Notes: generated by a model from the sequence alone, not told the origin. DNA of 64,000 nt from an uncultured Methanoregulaceae archaeon (GCA_963737635.1 CAVTTL010000001.1:1920001-1984000), one strand, 5' to 3'; shown: positions 40,702-51,800, counted from the stretch's first letter. Numbers and translations: made by a program.

Positions 40702-41743
40702 GGGAATCCTCCGTCATCTTTAGCACAAGTCGCTCAATAGCTTCAGGGATCTTTGCAAGAGGGAGCACCTGATCCACCGCATTTTTCTGGATGGCGGATC
40801 GCGCCATTCCATAGACAAGGCAGTCTTTCTGATCGCATATGATACTTGTTCCACCGGCCTCTTTGACTGCCGCTGCCCCTGCACCGGCATCATTTCCCAT
40901 CCCGCTCAAAATGACCGATACGATATTTTTCCCAAAAACCTGTGCAGCCGATTCAAACGTCTTATCCACTGCGGGCCGAACACCATGAAGCGGCGGTGCG
41001 TTAGAATGAATGATCCTTCCTGTTCGTTTCCCATCCGGGGTCATCGCTGCACCTATCATGGTATGAACCCCAGCCTTTGAGAGGAACACCGTGCCCGTCT
41101 TAATCAGATCCCCATTCTCAGTCTCCTTTACAGGCATGTGGGCGATCCGGTTAAATCGTGCTGCAAGCGGTGCAGTAAAGCCAACGGGCATATGCTGGGT
41201 AATAACCACACCGCCGGTAGATCTGCGGATAGTTTTGAAAGGATGGAATCGAGCATAGGCGGGCCACCGGCTGATGACCCGATTAGGTACTACACGGTCG
41301 ACATTTACCTCTTTCTGCTTGATGATTCTGGGCTCTTTGAGAGGAGAGGGAGAGGCACTTGTGAGATGATGAATCGTTGCAATAAGTTCCTTCGCGATAA
41401 GCCTGAGCTGGGGGGCATCTTTTGGTTTAAGCATGAAATCGTCAGCGCCCAGGTTGATTGCCTCGGTAGTCATCTCCGCACCTTCTGAGGTAAGCGAACT
41501 AAACATGAGGGTTTTCGGGTGCCAGGATGCATTCCTGAGTTCACGCAGCACCTCAAGGCCATTCATCCGGGGCATCTCGATATCCAGAGTGATAAGATCA
41601 GGCTTAAGGGTCTTGATCTTCTCAAGCGCCTCGATGCCATTTGAGGCGGTTCCCACTATTTCAAGTGAGGGATCCTTTTGAAGCATGTCCCGGATGACTG
41701 TCCGCATGAATACGGAGTCATCGACTATGAGAACCTTTGGCAT
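40694..41743 (-). CDS. cheB: Chemotaxis methylesterase CheB (compensating frameshift pair ~41212-41287)
   Basis: Receiver domain; QHMP, RPAVD, LSGMGNDA, YGMA; the catalytic GSSAGG motif reads in the alternative frame between the two indels. Confidence 0.92.
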   Translation of the reverse strand: MPKVLIVDDSVFMRTVIRDMLQKDPSLEIVGTASNGIEALEKIKTLKPDLITLDIEMPRMNGLEVLRELRNASWHPKTLMFSSLTSEGAEMTTEAINLGADDFMLKPKDAPQLRLIAKELIATIHHLTSASPSPLKEPRIIKQKEVNVDRVVPNRVISRWPAYARFHPFKTIRRSTGGVVITQHMPVGFTAPLAARFNRIAHMPVKETENGDLIKTGTVFLSKAGVHTMIGAAMTPDGKRTGRIIHSNAPPLHGVRPAVDKTFESAAQVFGKNIVSVILSGMGNDAGAGAAAVKEAGGTSIICDQKDCLVYGMARSAIQKNAVDQVLPLAKIPEAIERLVLKMTEDSHG

Positions 41744-41748
41744 AACAA

Positions 41749-42111
41749 TTAGGACGCAAGCACGTTTTTGACTTCTTCAAGAACCTTTGGCGCCTGGAAG
41801 GGTTTTACGATATATCCTTTGGCGCCACTTTTTATAGCCAGCTTAACCATCTGTTCCTGCCCGACAGCAGTGCACATAATGATGCGAGCTGCAGGATCCA
41901 GTTGCTTGATTGCCTTTAACGCTTCGATCCCATTCACCTTGGGCATGACTACATCCATAGTGACAAGATCAGGTTTCAGTTCCTTGTATTTTGCTATCGC
42001 CTCTTCTCCGTTTGAAGCCTCACCTGCAATTGTGTGACCTCCCGAGAAGAGGATATTTTTAAGAAGAGTTCTCATGAAGAGCGTATCATCCACGATAAGA
42101 ATAGTTCCCAT
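41749..42111 (-). CDS. cheY: Chemotaxis response regulator CheY
   Basis: IVDD, MDVVMP, CTAVGQ, IVKPF; position within the che operon. Confidence 0.93.
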   Translation of the reverse strand: MGTILIVDDTLFMRTLLKNILFSGGHTIAGEASNGEEAIAKYKELKPDLVTMDVVMPKVNGIEALKAIKQLDPAARIIMCTAVGQEQMVKLAIKSGAKGYIVKPFQAPKVLEEVKNVLAS

Positions 42112-42178
42112 GGAGTATCAGCCAAAGTATTTGAGTTTCCTGCTATAAAACGGTAATGATGGTAAAACTGCCATTATT

Positions 42179-42989
42179 TCAGTTTGTTTGTGTTTTTGTG
42201 GCATCTGAAATATATCTGACACCTTTTGTTGTCAGCTGGACTTCACGCCGGATTGTCACCACTTCTGCTATTCCAAGCTTGATAATCCGGTCATAAATCT
42301 CATCGAGCTGTTTATGGGGGAGACTCAGGCATGTTCTCGATGGCATGGGAGTCCATTCCAGAATACACCAGCATCGCCACCTGCTGGTCAATGGCATCCA
42401 GTTCATTGCCATTCATATCCATTCCCTTTGTAGCGTCTTTGAGGAAATTGGTAAGTACCTGGAGCGTGGAGAGAGGACAGAGGACGAGACTTGACACAAC
42501 CTCACCGGACTCAACATGATCGATCCTTACAACGTCGGTCTGCTTTCCCTGAACATCCCGTTTGGTCAGTTCGATCGCTGCGACATCCTTTAACGGAACA
42601 CAGATCTGTTTTACCGCACTGACAAACCAGATGCCGGTCTTTACGACCACGATGCTGCCTTTTTCCCATTGCGCATCCTTGGCAAGTACTCCTCCCCGGA
42701 TTGCCGGAGACATAAAATATGCCATGAGACGATACGCATTGCAATTGGCAAGAATAAGACGTTTTAAAACAATGAGGACTTTTTCAACGCTTGCGATACG
42801 AACGATGGCATCCGGGTTTCCTTTGAAGGTAATAATGAGAACGTTCTTTTTTTCCTCAAGGTTAAACACAGATTTGAAAAGAACCTCTTTATTGACCGGT
42901 GCGGGTAATGTAATCCGGTCTTCGTCGAGCGAAGCCTGAATAACAATCCATTTACCTTCATGTTCAATTTTCAACGGGACTTCTTTCAT
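42179..42989 (-). CDS. cheF: Archaeal chemotaxis adaptor CheF; frameshift near 42315
   Basis: PAIRGGV...WEKG, VLYSG-like and RREVQLT.KG motifs across two frames. Confidence 0.88.
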
Positions 42990-43058
42990 GGGACACACGC
43001 GCGATGTTTTTGTCAGGTTTGATAATTTCCGTAGTACCGGATTTGATACCGTGCAGAT

Positions 43059-44297
43059 CTACTTTATTCCCTGAACTGACGGATTTTTCTTCTCTGCTCC
43101 TTTGCTTGCGATATTGAACTGCTCCGAAATATCTGATAGTTCCTTTTCTATATCTGTTGCCGGAGCCTTAAAATCTTTTAATTCGCGAAGCAGACTGACA
43201 TCCTTCTCTTTTTTAATTTGTTTGATGTCGCTCGCTAGCGAACTGAGCATATCGTCGTCGCTGGTTGGGGTAGTACCTGATGCAAATGAAGAAATATCCG
43301 ACTGGTCCTCCATGCCGAACTCAGGAGCCCCGGCCGGTGTTATGGGGGTAGCGGGAATGAGGCTGCTCGACCCCGGTGCTGGCCCGGCGGCGGGTTGAGG
43401 CGCCGCGGCAGGTGTTTCCATAACACTGTTGTCATCCCCAAGATCGATTTCATCAAGATTTATACTGTCCAGATCCCCCAGATTTTCGCCAAGACCGTCC
43501 CCTCCTTCGGTTTCGTCTGCAATGTCCTCAGCATTTGCTGCGAGAATCGCGCTCGCTTCGTCAGTAGTTTCTTCAGGCAGGGGCGGCATTTCCACATCTG
43601 GCAGGGAAATGCCGGAATCATCAACTTGTTGTACACCGTGGGTATCCGGTGACGGGGCTGATAATTCCGGTTCATCCAGACCGTCCAGCAGACCTGTTTC
43701 GAGTTCTTCACCGGAAAGTGAGAGGAACGGATCGATCTCCTTCCCGCTCCCTCCCGGGAGAGCTCCTCCGGCACCACCTCGGGATCCGATCGCAGCCGGC
43801 ACCGTTCCGGCACTCTCAAGCGCAGAACTCCTGCTGACTCTTTCGCTTATGGTATGATCCAGCAGCTTATCGATCTCTTCCACTTTTTTTCTGGGTTTTC
43901 TGCGTTCGGTAAGAATCTTTCCCAGCGATTCAACAGATGATGCCAGTAACGAGAGATGGGCACGGATACCACCAGATTTTTCCACGGTCTTTACCGGGAG
44001 TTTCTTTTCAACCTTTTTTCCTCCAGTATTTTTCTGGGCCGCAGGTGTTTTTTCGGTAATCTGCCGGGATTCAGGCTTCTGCAAAGCAGGTTTTTTGCGT
44101 TTACTGGTAATAGAGAGCGTTGAAGTAGCTTCTTTTATCTCTGCTACCGTGATTGCCCCAAGCAGGATCAAAAGGAGAAGACCGACTGCCACAATCAGGA
44201 GCAACATGTAGATAAGAGGGATATTTACCAGAATCATGGCAGAGCCAAGTCCCACGATCGTAACAAAAATAACCAGTCTGCGGACACTGTCTTTCAT
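43059..44297 (-). CDS. Hypothetical membrane-anchored acidic protein in the arl/che operon
   Basis: Two N-terminal TM helices, basic segment, long Asp/Glu/Pro-rich region, conserved-looking C-terminus (SLLRELKDF); abuts arlJ. Confidence 0.75.
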   Translation of the reverse strand: MKDSVRRLVIFVTIVGLGSAMILVNIPLIYMLLLIVAVGLLLLILLGAITVAEIKEATSTLSITSKRKKPALQKPESRQITEKTPAAQKNTGGKKVEKKLPVKTVEKSGGIRAHLSLLASSVESLGKILTERRKPRKKVEEIDKLLDHTISERVSRSSALESAGTVPAAIGSRGGAGGALPGGSGKEIDPFLSLSGEELETGLLDGLDEPELSAPSPDTHGVQQVDDSGISLPDVEMPPLPEETTDEASAILAANAEDIADETEGGDGLGENLGDLDSINLDEIDLGDDNSVMETPAAAPQPAAGPAPGSSSLIPATPITPAGAPEFGMEDQSDISSFASGTTPTSDDDMLSSLASDIKQIKKEKDVSLLRELKDFKAPATDIEKELSDISEQFNIASKGAEKKNPSVQGIK

Positions 44298-44298
44298 A

Positions 44299-45936
44299 TT
44301 ATACACCCGTTCCTGATACTCCACCGCCTATGCTCGTCAGCGCCTGCACACTGAAAAAGAGACCCACTACCATTGGTGCCACCATAAGAATAAGTCCGGT
44401 TAATGTGCAGAATATTGCCGCGTAGAAATAATACATGTATCGATCCCCTCCGCCCACGATACGTGCAGCGATAATGTTGGACATAGTGAGAATGGTGAGC
44501 GTTATGATGACATAAGTCTGCATCGCCGCTGCCGGGAAATTGGAGAAGAGGTTCAGGCCGCCGCTAAATACACTCCCCACGGAGATACCAGCACTCTCGC
44601 CCCCGGATGCTGCAGACAGGTTCTGGAACTGGCTCATCATGGTCGACACGGATCCGGTGAGCACGAGAAGAATCTGGTATAACGCGACAAAAAGGCCGAT
44701 CATGGCGACATGCATCGGTACCAGAAGAACGATAAAACCTCGTGCAAGCATATCTTTTTTCTCCCTGAGAAGCGTCTGTTCAAGCATCGAAGATCCCACG
44801 ACAGTTCCAATGGGTTCCGGCGGTCCCCCGAGTGCCACGGTGTCCCGGTAAATGTTGAGATACTTATAGATGAGGTTGCTTCCGGCCTCCCCGATAAACT
44901 TGTCCCAGCACTGTTTTTCATCGAGTCCGAGATTGAGTTTTGAATACACAGAATTTATCAGGGGTTCAAGGGCGGAAAGAGATTTCCGGTCGATTCTCCC
45001 TAACGCATACACGGCAGTGGTTCCCTGCCCCCCCATCACCGCGCCAAAACTCCTTATAAACACGGAAAAATCGTTGTCCCGTAGAGTAATGTTGTGGTCA
45101 TCAATATAACCGATGATGCCGAGCGGGGCCATCAGAACACCTGCAAGAATAAAGATCAGGCTTGCTGAGATCCCGAGAACTGCAAGAATGACAACAATGG
45201 CAAGCGTAACCGGGACAATAATCCGTTCCATGGCATGGATAGTCCCCTGCTCCTTTGAAGTACGCTCAGAGAGCCCGTGACTTTTGGGGTCGTCGGGGAC
45301 TGACGTATACATAAGGACAATACCAAATACAGAGATTGCAAGGATAACAGAGTATGAGATATCGAATGTCGTCTGGATATCTGTGGGGGTATAGATCACG
45401 ACCGACATCATTATGATGACAGCGATAACAGTTCCCGAGAGGAGCATGGCAACATAGGCGTCCCCCCATTTCTGCAGCATGGACATTCCCTGCTCCAGCT
45501 GGTTCCGGTAGACGCTGCGAACCGTTGCGAGTTCGTTAGTTAAGAAATCCTCATCCGGGACACCGGAATCGATAGAGTTGGAATACCGGTTCAGCATGCT
45601 CTTGAGAATTTCGTTCTGCGTTCGTTCGGCAACAATGGACATGCTTTCCGAATAACTATAATTCCACTTTTTCACAAACGTATCCACTTTTGCGATGTAC
45701 CTTGCTGAAATGTACTCGTGGCGTTTTGCTGCAAAGGAAAAAATCTCGGGACGCGTAGCATTGGCTATCGCAAGCGACGCCATATAGGTCGTCATGAACA
45801 GAAGATCCGCGCCCATCTTTTTGTTCTCCCGGAGATTCGCGAGCCTCTCTTTTAGTCCCTGGATTTGGGAGGCAAAAGGAGGCGATCGGGCTGGTTGCGC
45901 TTGGGAAGCGTTCGGGAGGGCGGTCTCATCAGGCAT
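44299..45936 (-). CDS. arlJ: Archaellum assembly membrane protein ArlJ/FlaJ
   Basis: DLLFMTTYMAS, WNYSYSE, SIDSG; multiple TM helices; follows arlI. Confidence 0.93.
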   Translation of the reverse strand: MPDETALPNASQAQPARSPPFASQIQGLKERLANLRENKKMGADLLFMTTYMASLAIANATRPEIFSFAAKRHEYISARYIAKVDTFVKKWNYSYSESMSIVAERTQNEILKSMLNRYSNSIDSGVPDEDFLTNELATVRSVYRNQLEQGMSMLQKWGDAYVAMLLSGTVIAVIIMMSVVIYTPTDIQTTFDISYSVILAISVFGIVLMYTSVPDDPKSHGLSERTSKEQGTIHAMERIIVPVTLAIVVILAVLGISASLIFILAGVLMAPLGIIGYIDDHNITLRDNDFSVFIRSFGAVMGGQGTTAVYALGRIDRKSLSALEPLINSVYSKLNLGLDEKQCWDKFIGEAGSNLIYKYLNIYRDTVALGGPPEPIGTVVGSSMLEQTLLREKKDMLARGFIVLLVPMHVAMIGLFVALYQILLVLTGSVSTMMSQFQNLSAASGGESAGISVGSVFSGGLNLFSNFPAAAMQTYVIITLTILTMSNIIAARIVGGGDRYMYYFYAAIFCTLTGLILMVAPMVVGLFFSVQALTSIGGGVSGTGV

Positions 45937-45937
45937 G

Positions 45938-47803
45938 TTATGAACCGATGGTTAGGAGACCCTGTTTTTTAATTTTGGTCATCATGTGAAAGAGATCCCA
46001 GAATTTTACGTAACCGGCCTTGTGCAGGCGTTCAAGGATCTTTGCGCGTTTCTCCACTTCAAGGTAAATCTCTGATTTCCTGTTGTCCGGTATACCAAGC
46101 ATGGTAGCGATCTTGCTTTCGAGAAGAAATGAGCTGCCCTTCCCGGACCAGACAAATGTATCGGACACCGGTTCCCAGGTAAACATCTGGACAAACGTAA
46201 ATCCGCCGGTCTCCGCATTATATCCAACCAGTTCGTTGCAGCTGATCATCCGGCGTACGGTCTGACCATCGGGTCGTTTGACAGCACTCTGGATGATGAC
46301 CAGATTGAGATTGTCGACATACGTTTTGGGGATATTGATGGGATCGCCGCAGAGACGCTGGATCAATTTCTCCACGGATGCCGCATGGAAGGTACTCATC
46401 ACGGGGTGACCGGTCTGCATCGCGCCGAATGCAACACTCCCTTCGACACCACGGATCTCACCGACAAGAATCTGGTTGGGGCGCTGACGCAGTGCGGCTT
46501 TGAGAAGATCGAACATGGTAACCTCTCCACCTGAGCCAGTCCCTTCACCCTTACCCTTCGCAAGTGCTACCTCCCGTACCCAGTTCCGGTGTGGGACACT
46601 GAGCTCCGGAGTGTCTTCAATACTAACGATTTTGTTTTCCGGAGGGATGAAGGTGGTAATCGCATTCAAAAGCGTGGTCTTTCCGCTTGCAGTTTCACCG
46701 CTCACGAATAGCGACATCCCATATTCAACGCAAATCCAGAGATACGCAGCGGCCGTGTAATCGATACCATTACTCTCAACGATGTTGAGGATGGAAAGCG
46801 GCACCTCATTGACTTTTCGTATAGAGAAGTTGCTGCCATGTTTACTGATCTCGGTGCCGTAGACGATGTTGATACGGGAACCATCCGGGAGGGTTGCATC
46901 AACTATGGGGCTCCGGTACGTGATGGGCCTTTTTATCCGTTCCGCTACCTTGATCACAAATTCGTCCAGTTCGCTCGATACCTTGAACTCAATAACCGAT
47001 TTCAGCCCCTTGAAGATCTTGTGTTCTATGAAGATCGGCCCGACTCCGTCACAGGAGATATCTTCAATATAGGGATCGGAAAGGAACGGCTTGAGCACCC
47101 CCATATCTATTTTATCCCGGACAAGAAGATATTCGATTGCCTTATACTCGTAATTGGTCAGGATGATTTTACCATCAGGAGTGATGGGAAGGTTCCTACT
47201 CTTTTTATTGGATTTCATCTTGTTCTGGGCCGTGAAATCCGTGTTAAGGAACGTAACCAGTTTAGAGGCTGCACCTTCTTGTTTTTCCGTCCTCGTCAGG
47301 CTTGCCATATCCACACCTGGAGGCTTGATCACTGCTACAGTGGCGAGCATCTTTTTTATGACGTCTGTCCTTTCCTTGTCCGTTGTCGGATCTGTTTCAA
47401 GGCCGTCAATGAGATCTATGAGCTTGGTCTCAATAGCAGGAAGGATATCGCTTACGCTGTGCAGGAAGGAGGGTTCAATGGGGATGTAGAAGTTCCTGAC
47501 GTCATCAGGGTCCGGAAGAATATGGACGAAGGTGGTATCGTTCACCGGGTAGATGATGTTAGGATTCTTCATGGAACGAACGTCCTTTTTTAATTCGGAT
47601 AAAAAGAGGGGTATCCCGTAGGTATTTACTGGAAACATATGGAGGTATTCGAGAAGATGGGGGCTGTTCTGGACATATTCCTTAGCATTTGCCGGTAACA
47701 TCTTGAACAAGGCATCCGATTCGAGGTCCGCATAGAGATCGACATCTACAGCGACCGGTTCAGGTTTGAACGGTAGGTTTACTGCAACGGACAGGGAACC
47801 CAT
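45938..47803 (-). CDS. arlI: Archaellum motor ATPase ArlI/FlaI
   Basis: PHLLEYL, DPYIEDISCDG, GETASGKTT, RQRPNQILVGEIRG, QTGH. Confidence 0.95.
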   Translation of the reverse strand: MGSLSVAVNLPFKPEPVAVDVDLYADLESDALFKMLPANAKEYVQNSPHLLEYLHMFPVNTYGIPLFLSELKKDVRSMKNPNIIYPVNDTTFVHILPDPDDVRNFYIPIEPSFLHSVSDILPAIETKLIDLIDGLETDPTTDKERTDVIKKMLATVAVIKPPGVDMASLTRTEKQEGAASKLVTFLNTDFTAQNKMKSNKKSRNLPITPDGKIILTNYEYKAIEYLLVRDKIDMGVLKPFLSDPYIEDISCDGVGPIFIEHKIFKGLKSVIEFKVSSELDEFVIKVAERIKRPITYRSPIVDATLPDGSRINIVYGTEISKHGSNFSIRKVNEVPLSILNIVESNGIDYTAAAYLWICVEYGMSLFVSGETASGKTTLLNAITTFIPPENKIVSIEDTPELSVPHRNWVREVALAKGKGEGTGSGGEVTMFDLLKAALRQRPNQILVGEIRGVEGSVAFGAMQTGHPVMSTFHAASVEKLIQRLCGDPINIPKTYVDNLNLVIIQSAVKRPDGQTVRRMISCNELVGYNAETGGFTFVQMFTWEPVSDTFVWSGKGSSFLLESKIATMLGIPDNRKSEIYLEVEKRAKILERLHKAGYVKFWDLFHMMTKIKKQGLLTIGS

Positions 47804-47804
47804 A

Positions 47805-48539
47805 TCAGATCCTCGCAAAACTCATCGGTATGACTTTCATGCCATAGCCCGGATGTACTTCAAAACTGACGAGGTTTCCGGTTGTTTTTCGTGCACCGCG
47901 GACCTTGACAACTTCCATGACCATAACGTACTTATCCCCAACAAGGGCTTTTTTCATATTCAGATGGGCATCGCAGATTGACCTGATCCTGACCAGGGTA
48001 TCTTCCTCAAATGCATAGGTATGGAGCGTGATAAGGATAGTCTTACCATGATCGACAAGTGACTTGCAATTGGTAAAAAAGGTGAGTATAGTATCCGTCT
48101 CAGCGTATTCGGTAAAAAGTGTCAGCGCGTCGATGACTGCGACCTGTGCCGGGCTGTTTTTAATGTAGGAAATCAAGCGGATCAGAATCCCCTCCATCTC
48201 CTCTTTTTTCCATTCAAAACCGACTACGTGGAGGGGAAATACCTTGAGATATCCCCAGGAAAAATAATCGGCGATATCAAGGCTCATTGATTCCATTTGC
48301 TTAATAAAGCTCTTGCTGGTGTTTTCCGTAGTGAACAGATCTACGGACAACCCCTGCTTCATAGCACCCCAAACAATTTGCTGGGTAAGAACACTCTTAC
48401 CGGTATCATTCTCCCCTTCAATAAGAGTCAGCGAACCCACCGGAAGACCATCGGCCATCTTCTTATCCAGTTCATTATTGCCAGTAGAGATGATTTGCCG
48501 GTCCTCGCCACCCATCAAATCGGAAAGTTCAACTGCCAT
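47805..48539 (-). CDS. arlH: Archaellum KaiC-like ATPase ArlH/FlaH
   Basis: GENDTGKS, TTEN, ITLH, SICDAH. Confidence 0.93.
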   Translation of the reverse strand: MAVELSDLMGGEDRQIISTGNNELDKKMADGLPVGSLTLIEGENDTGKSVLTQQIVWGAMKQGLSVDLFTTENTSKSFIKQMESMSLDIADYFSWGYLKVFPLHVVGFEWKKEEMEGILIRLISYIKNSPAQVAVIDALTLFTEYAETDTILTFFTNCKSLVDHGKTILITLHTYAFEEDTLVRIRSICDAHLNMKKALVGDKYVMVMEVVKVRGARKTTGNLVSFEVHPGYGMKVIPMSFARI

Positions 48540-48553
48540 TTTCTCTTTCCCCT

Positions 48554-49042
48554 TCAAAGAAATGCTGAAGCATAGACCCCGTTCGCTGTAGTAATCTGGA
48601 ACCAGTGGGGGGATAAACCCGTTGTTACAACCAGAATCCTGAATGTTTCGCCAGGATCCAGTTCAGAGGAATGGATAACATAAGTTCCCTGGTTAGTAAT
48701 TGTCCAGGTGCCGGGAGGTTGAGGTTGTGTTGTTGAATAGGTATACAACTGGTAGTTATTGGTATCGTTATCGTAGACGATAACATCCATATGCGTGAAA
48801 TCCGAGATGACTTCGTTTCCAGTATTAGTAATCGTGCAGTTGATATTCTCAGTATTCAGGTCAATACCTGTTTGACCGATGGTAAAGTCGGTTTTGAGTT
48901 GTTTTTCTTCGAGCAGGCTAGCGGATTTTTGTGCATTGTTGACAATCTGGGCAGTGGAAATAACACTCGCAACGAGGAGGTACGCAACGATCACCAGAAG
49001 GATTACCCCAACTGCCGCCCCTATAAGATCTGCAACAGCCAT
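48554..49042 (-). CDS. arlF: Archaellum stator protein ArlF/FlaF
   Basis: N-terminal TM, NTG, DPGE, TANG; lies between arlG and arlH. Confidence 0.8.
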   Translation of the reverse strand: MAVADLIGAAVGVILLVIVAYLLVASVISTAQIVNNAQKSASLLEEKQLKTDFTIGQTGIDLNTENINCTITNTGNEVISDFTHMDVIVYDNDTNNYQLYTYSTTQPQPPGTWTITNQGTYVIHSSELDPGETFRILVVTTGLSPHWFQITTANGVYASAFL

Positions 49043-49056
49043 CCCGGAACACCTTT

Positions 49057-49564
49057 TTAGGGAGTGGTAGTCACCGTAAACTGGTCAGAAGTCGAGATTC
49101 CATTGGGCAGGCTGAACTGGAAATATACCGGATTTGCCGTGTTTATCGTAGTGGTATATGCGTCGATCTCCAGCGTTTCACCGGGATCCCAGTAATTATT
49201 GTTATTGAGATCGCTTAACATGTATGACCATTGCCCATTGTTCAGGGGAGCGGACGTATTATCCAACGTCAAACGGTTGAAATTTCCTGCATCGCCGCAG
49301 ATGACATCGGATCGCTGGATATCGGCAACGAGCTATCCGTTCACTCCCCGTATTTTTCATCCAGACCTTGACGTACTGGCTTTGATTTGCAACATCCAGA
49401 ATAATCTGGATATTGGTCCGAAGCTGCACGTCAGATGTATGTCCGGCTGAAGAAAACGTCCCGGTCATCTGGTAGAAAACCGGGAATATGGCACTGATGA
49501 GTACACCCGCAGCTATGACTGCTGTTATCAGGAAGAGTGCTGTCGTGAATGTATCGGCGGACAT
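49057..49564 (-). CDS. arlG: Archaellum stator protein ArlG/FlaG; frameshift near 49333
   Basis: N-terminal TM, VWMKNTGS, WDPGETLEI, LPNG across two frames. Confidence 0.85.
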
Positions 49565-49567
49565 CGG

Positions 49568-50470
49568 TTAGATCCTGTCCGGCAGGTTCATCCACTCTTC
49601 GTCTTTTCTGGCAGGCTTTGAAGGTTCCCGTTCTTTAGAGGGTAATTCAGGAGCCTCAGATCTTTCATTTGCCGGTAATGTCTGCTGGCGCTGTTCCATC
49701 ATGACCTCAATCATGTCCCGGTCAAGAGAGGAATCATTGGGAGACAGGATCCGGTTGAGTGCATACAGTTCAGAGACGAATTCATCCGGTCCAACCTCAT
49801 GTTCGTCCCCAAGATTTGCAGGCATCAGGCGAGAGATCTCCTTGATCTCGTCACAGGACTCCCGCGAGATATACCCCATGATACGATACGATTCGAGAAT
49901 GATATCAAGACGGTCGTGCCCGAATTTGCGAATGGCAGCATTGGTCCACTTGAAAAGTTTGTACACTTTCTGGAGCCGGAGTTTTTCATTGGCAAGCGCA
50001 TTCGGGCCGCCTTTATATCCGTTAGTCAGGAGCTGGGTCTTTATACGAGATATCATCTGCTCGTCCGGTATGTGTCTTTCCTCACTGGCAAGTTTGGAAA
50101 CTACTCCGGATTTTGATTCCTGATCTCCTTTTTTATTCGCCGCTTCAATGTTTTCCGTTTCCTGTTTAGCTTTTGCGGCGTCAAGTGTGGATTCCCGTGC
50201 CTCCAACGCCGCCTCTTTTGCATCCAGTGCTGCCTTTTTTGCGGCGTCTACGGAATCAGACGCTCCCCCTGACTCGGGAGTTCCTCCGGATGTGGTAAGG
50301 GTAAACGGATTCTCCATCTCATTCATCCGTTCCCTGATATCCATTAACAGACGCTTGATGGAGGTTTTAATAAGATCGACTTCCCGTTCGAGGTTCTGGA
50401 GCTTGACTTCGGGATCATCCTCAGAAGCTGCGGTGATGATATGGTCGACCTGTGTCTGATTTACCGCCAT
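49568..50470 (-). CDS. ArlD/E (FlaD/E)-like switch protein
   Basis: IKRLLMDIRERMNEMENPF coiled coil and W......G....ILESY..MGYIS segment resembling the FlaD/E C-terminal domain; operon position. Confidence 0.65.
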   Translation of the reverse strand: MAVNQTQVDHIITAASEDDPEVKLQNLEREVDLIKTSIKRLLMDIRERMNEMENPFTLTTSGGTPESGGASDSVDAAKKAALDAKEAALEARESTLDAAKAKQETENIEAANKKGDQESKSGVVSKLASEERHIPDEQMISRIKTQLLTNGYKGGPNALANEKLRLQKVYKLFKWTNAAIRKFGHDRLDIILESYRIMGYISRESCDEIKEISRLMPANLGDEHEVGPDEFVSELYALNRILSPNDSSLDRDMIEVMMEQRQQTLPANERSEAPELPSKEREPSKPARKDEEWMNLPDRI

Positions 50471-50594
50471 AGCATTTAATTATTTCCTGTTTTTAGTTAA
50501 TATACTTTCCTCAGAAGCACGAGGGTTTGCAGCGATTTTTTTCTGTTTTGGCGTTCAGAAACCGCTTTTTGGTAAATTCAATAAAAAAAAGAGA

Positions 50595-51200
50595 TTAGTA
50601 GAGTGGCTGGACTGCTGTCAGGCCACCGGGGATCGTCCTCTGAATCGGAAGGACTGCTCCTACTGACGGTTGGAAATTAATCGAGAAGATTGTGTTTGGT
50701 GTTGCCGTGGTAGGCAATCCAACCATCAGAATCATTTGAGCGTTGTTATCGAGCATGGCGCCCGTTGTTGCGTTATTAATTTTCTGTCCAATGCACCATG
50801 TGGAAGGAGCCGGTGTACCGGTAGTAGGACAGGTTCCGCTATCTGTCCCTATGCCTCCATAGGTCATATTTGCATTGTGGCCTCCGTTATTATCAGTATA
50901 GGATACCACCATTGTTGACAGATCGATGGGGGTGCCACCGGCAGTGAGTGCAACGGTGACATTCACATAGTCAAGATAGTCGTTACTTGTATCTTTAATC
51001 CCATAAGTATTCCCAACTTCTTGCAGGCTTGAACTGGCCTGTGCGACTCCCGTGTGGACTGTTGACTGTGCAGTCTGGGATGTGAAGAACCCGGCGCCGA
51101 GCACCACGTACGAGAATACAGCAGCAACGACTACGAATGCGATGAGAACGATGGCTGCTTCAAGTCCGGTGAATGCATTCTCTGAGTAAAGATTTCTCAT
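50595..51200 (-). CDS. arlB: Archaellin
   Basis: Class III signal: NA/FTGLEAAIVLIAFVVVAAVFSYVVLGAGFF. Confidence 0.95.
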   Translation of the reverse strand: MRNLYSENAFTGLEAAIVLIAFVVVAAVFSYVVLGAGFFTSQTAQSTVHTGVAQASSSLQEVGNTYGIKDTSNDYLDYVNVTVALTAGGTPIDLSTMVVSYTDNNGGHNANMTYGGIGTDSGTCPTTGTPAPSTWCIGQKINNATTGAMLDNNAQMILMVGLPTTATPNTIFSINFQPSVGAVLPIQRTIPGGLTAVQPLY

Positions 51201-51215
51201 TTTTTTCACCCTCCT

Positions 51216-51800
51216 TTAGTATACCTCATACCATGTATTTGCCGTCATTCCTGCAGGAACCGTCCTCGCAATCGGAAGCGCTGCACCGATCGGGGGATTC
51301 ACCTGAACAACAAATTGGGTATTGACACCCAGATCTGATGATCCGAGATTTGGTGCAACAGTTACAAGGACCATCTCACGGGGATTGAGTAATCCGGCAT
51401 GGGCAGTCTGACCGAGATCTATCGGGGTATTTTGTTGAACCCACGTGTAATTGACGCTAGCATTGGTAAAGGTCTCTACCTGTGTAGGAGTGGAAACCGT
51501 ATACGTCACTTTACTCATATCCACAGCATTACCACCCGCAGCAAGCTGAAGGTAGAAGGTAATATTCGCAATACCAGTACCATCACTGTCGGATTGTACA
51601 CTTACCGGCCCGGATGGTTCCACTGCCGATGTAGCCTGGCTAACACCTGTGTGGACAGTCTGCTGTGCCTTCTGCGTCGTGAAGAACCCGGCGCCAAGCA
51701 CTACGTATGAGAACACCGCCGCGACAACAACGAATGCGATGAGCACAATCGCTGCCTCGAGGCCAGTGAACCCTTCATCGTTATGTTTATACGAACTCAT
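51216..51800 (-). CDS. arlB: Archaellin
   Basis: Class III signal: EG/FTGLEAAIVLIAFVVVAAVFSYVVLGAGFFTTQK. Confidence 0.95.
   Translation of the reverse strand: MSSYKHNDEGFTGLEAAIVLIAFVVVAAVFSYVVLGAGFFTTQKAQQTVHTGVSQATSAVEPSGPVSVQSDSDGTGIANITFYLQLAAGGNAVDMSKVTYTVSTPTQVETFTNASVNYTWVQQNTPIDLGQTAHAGLLNPREMVLVTVAPNLGSSDLGVNTQFVVQVNPPIGAALPIARTVPAGMTANTWYEVY

Noticed and set aside
51080-51775. Similar ~100 bp segments in two adjacent genes
   Set aside because: Ordinary conserved N-termini of paralogous archaellins.
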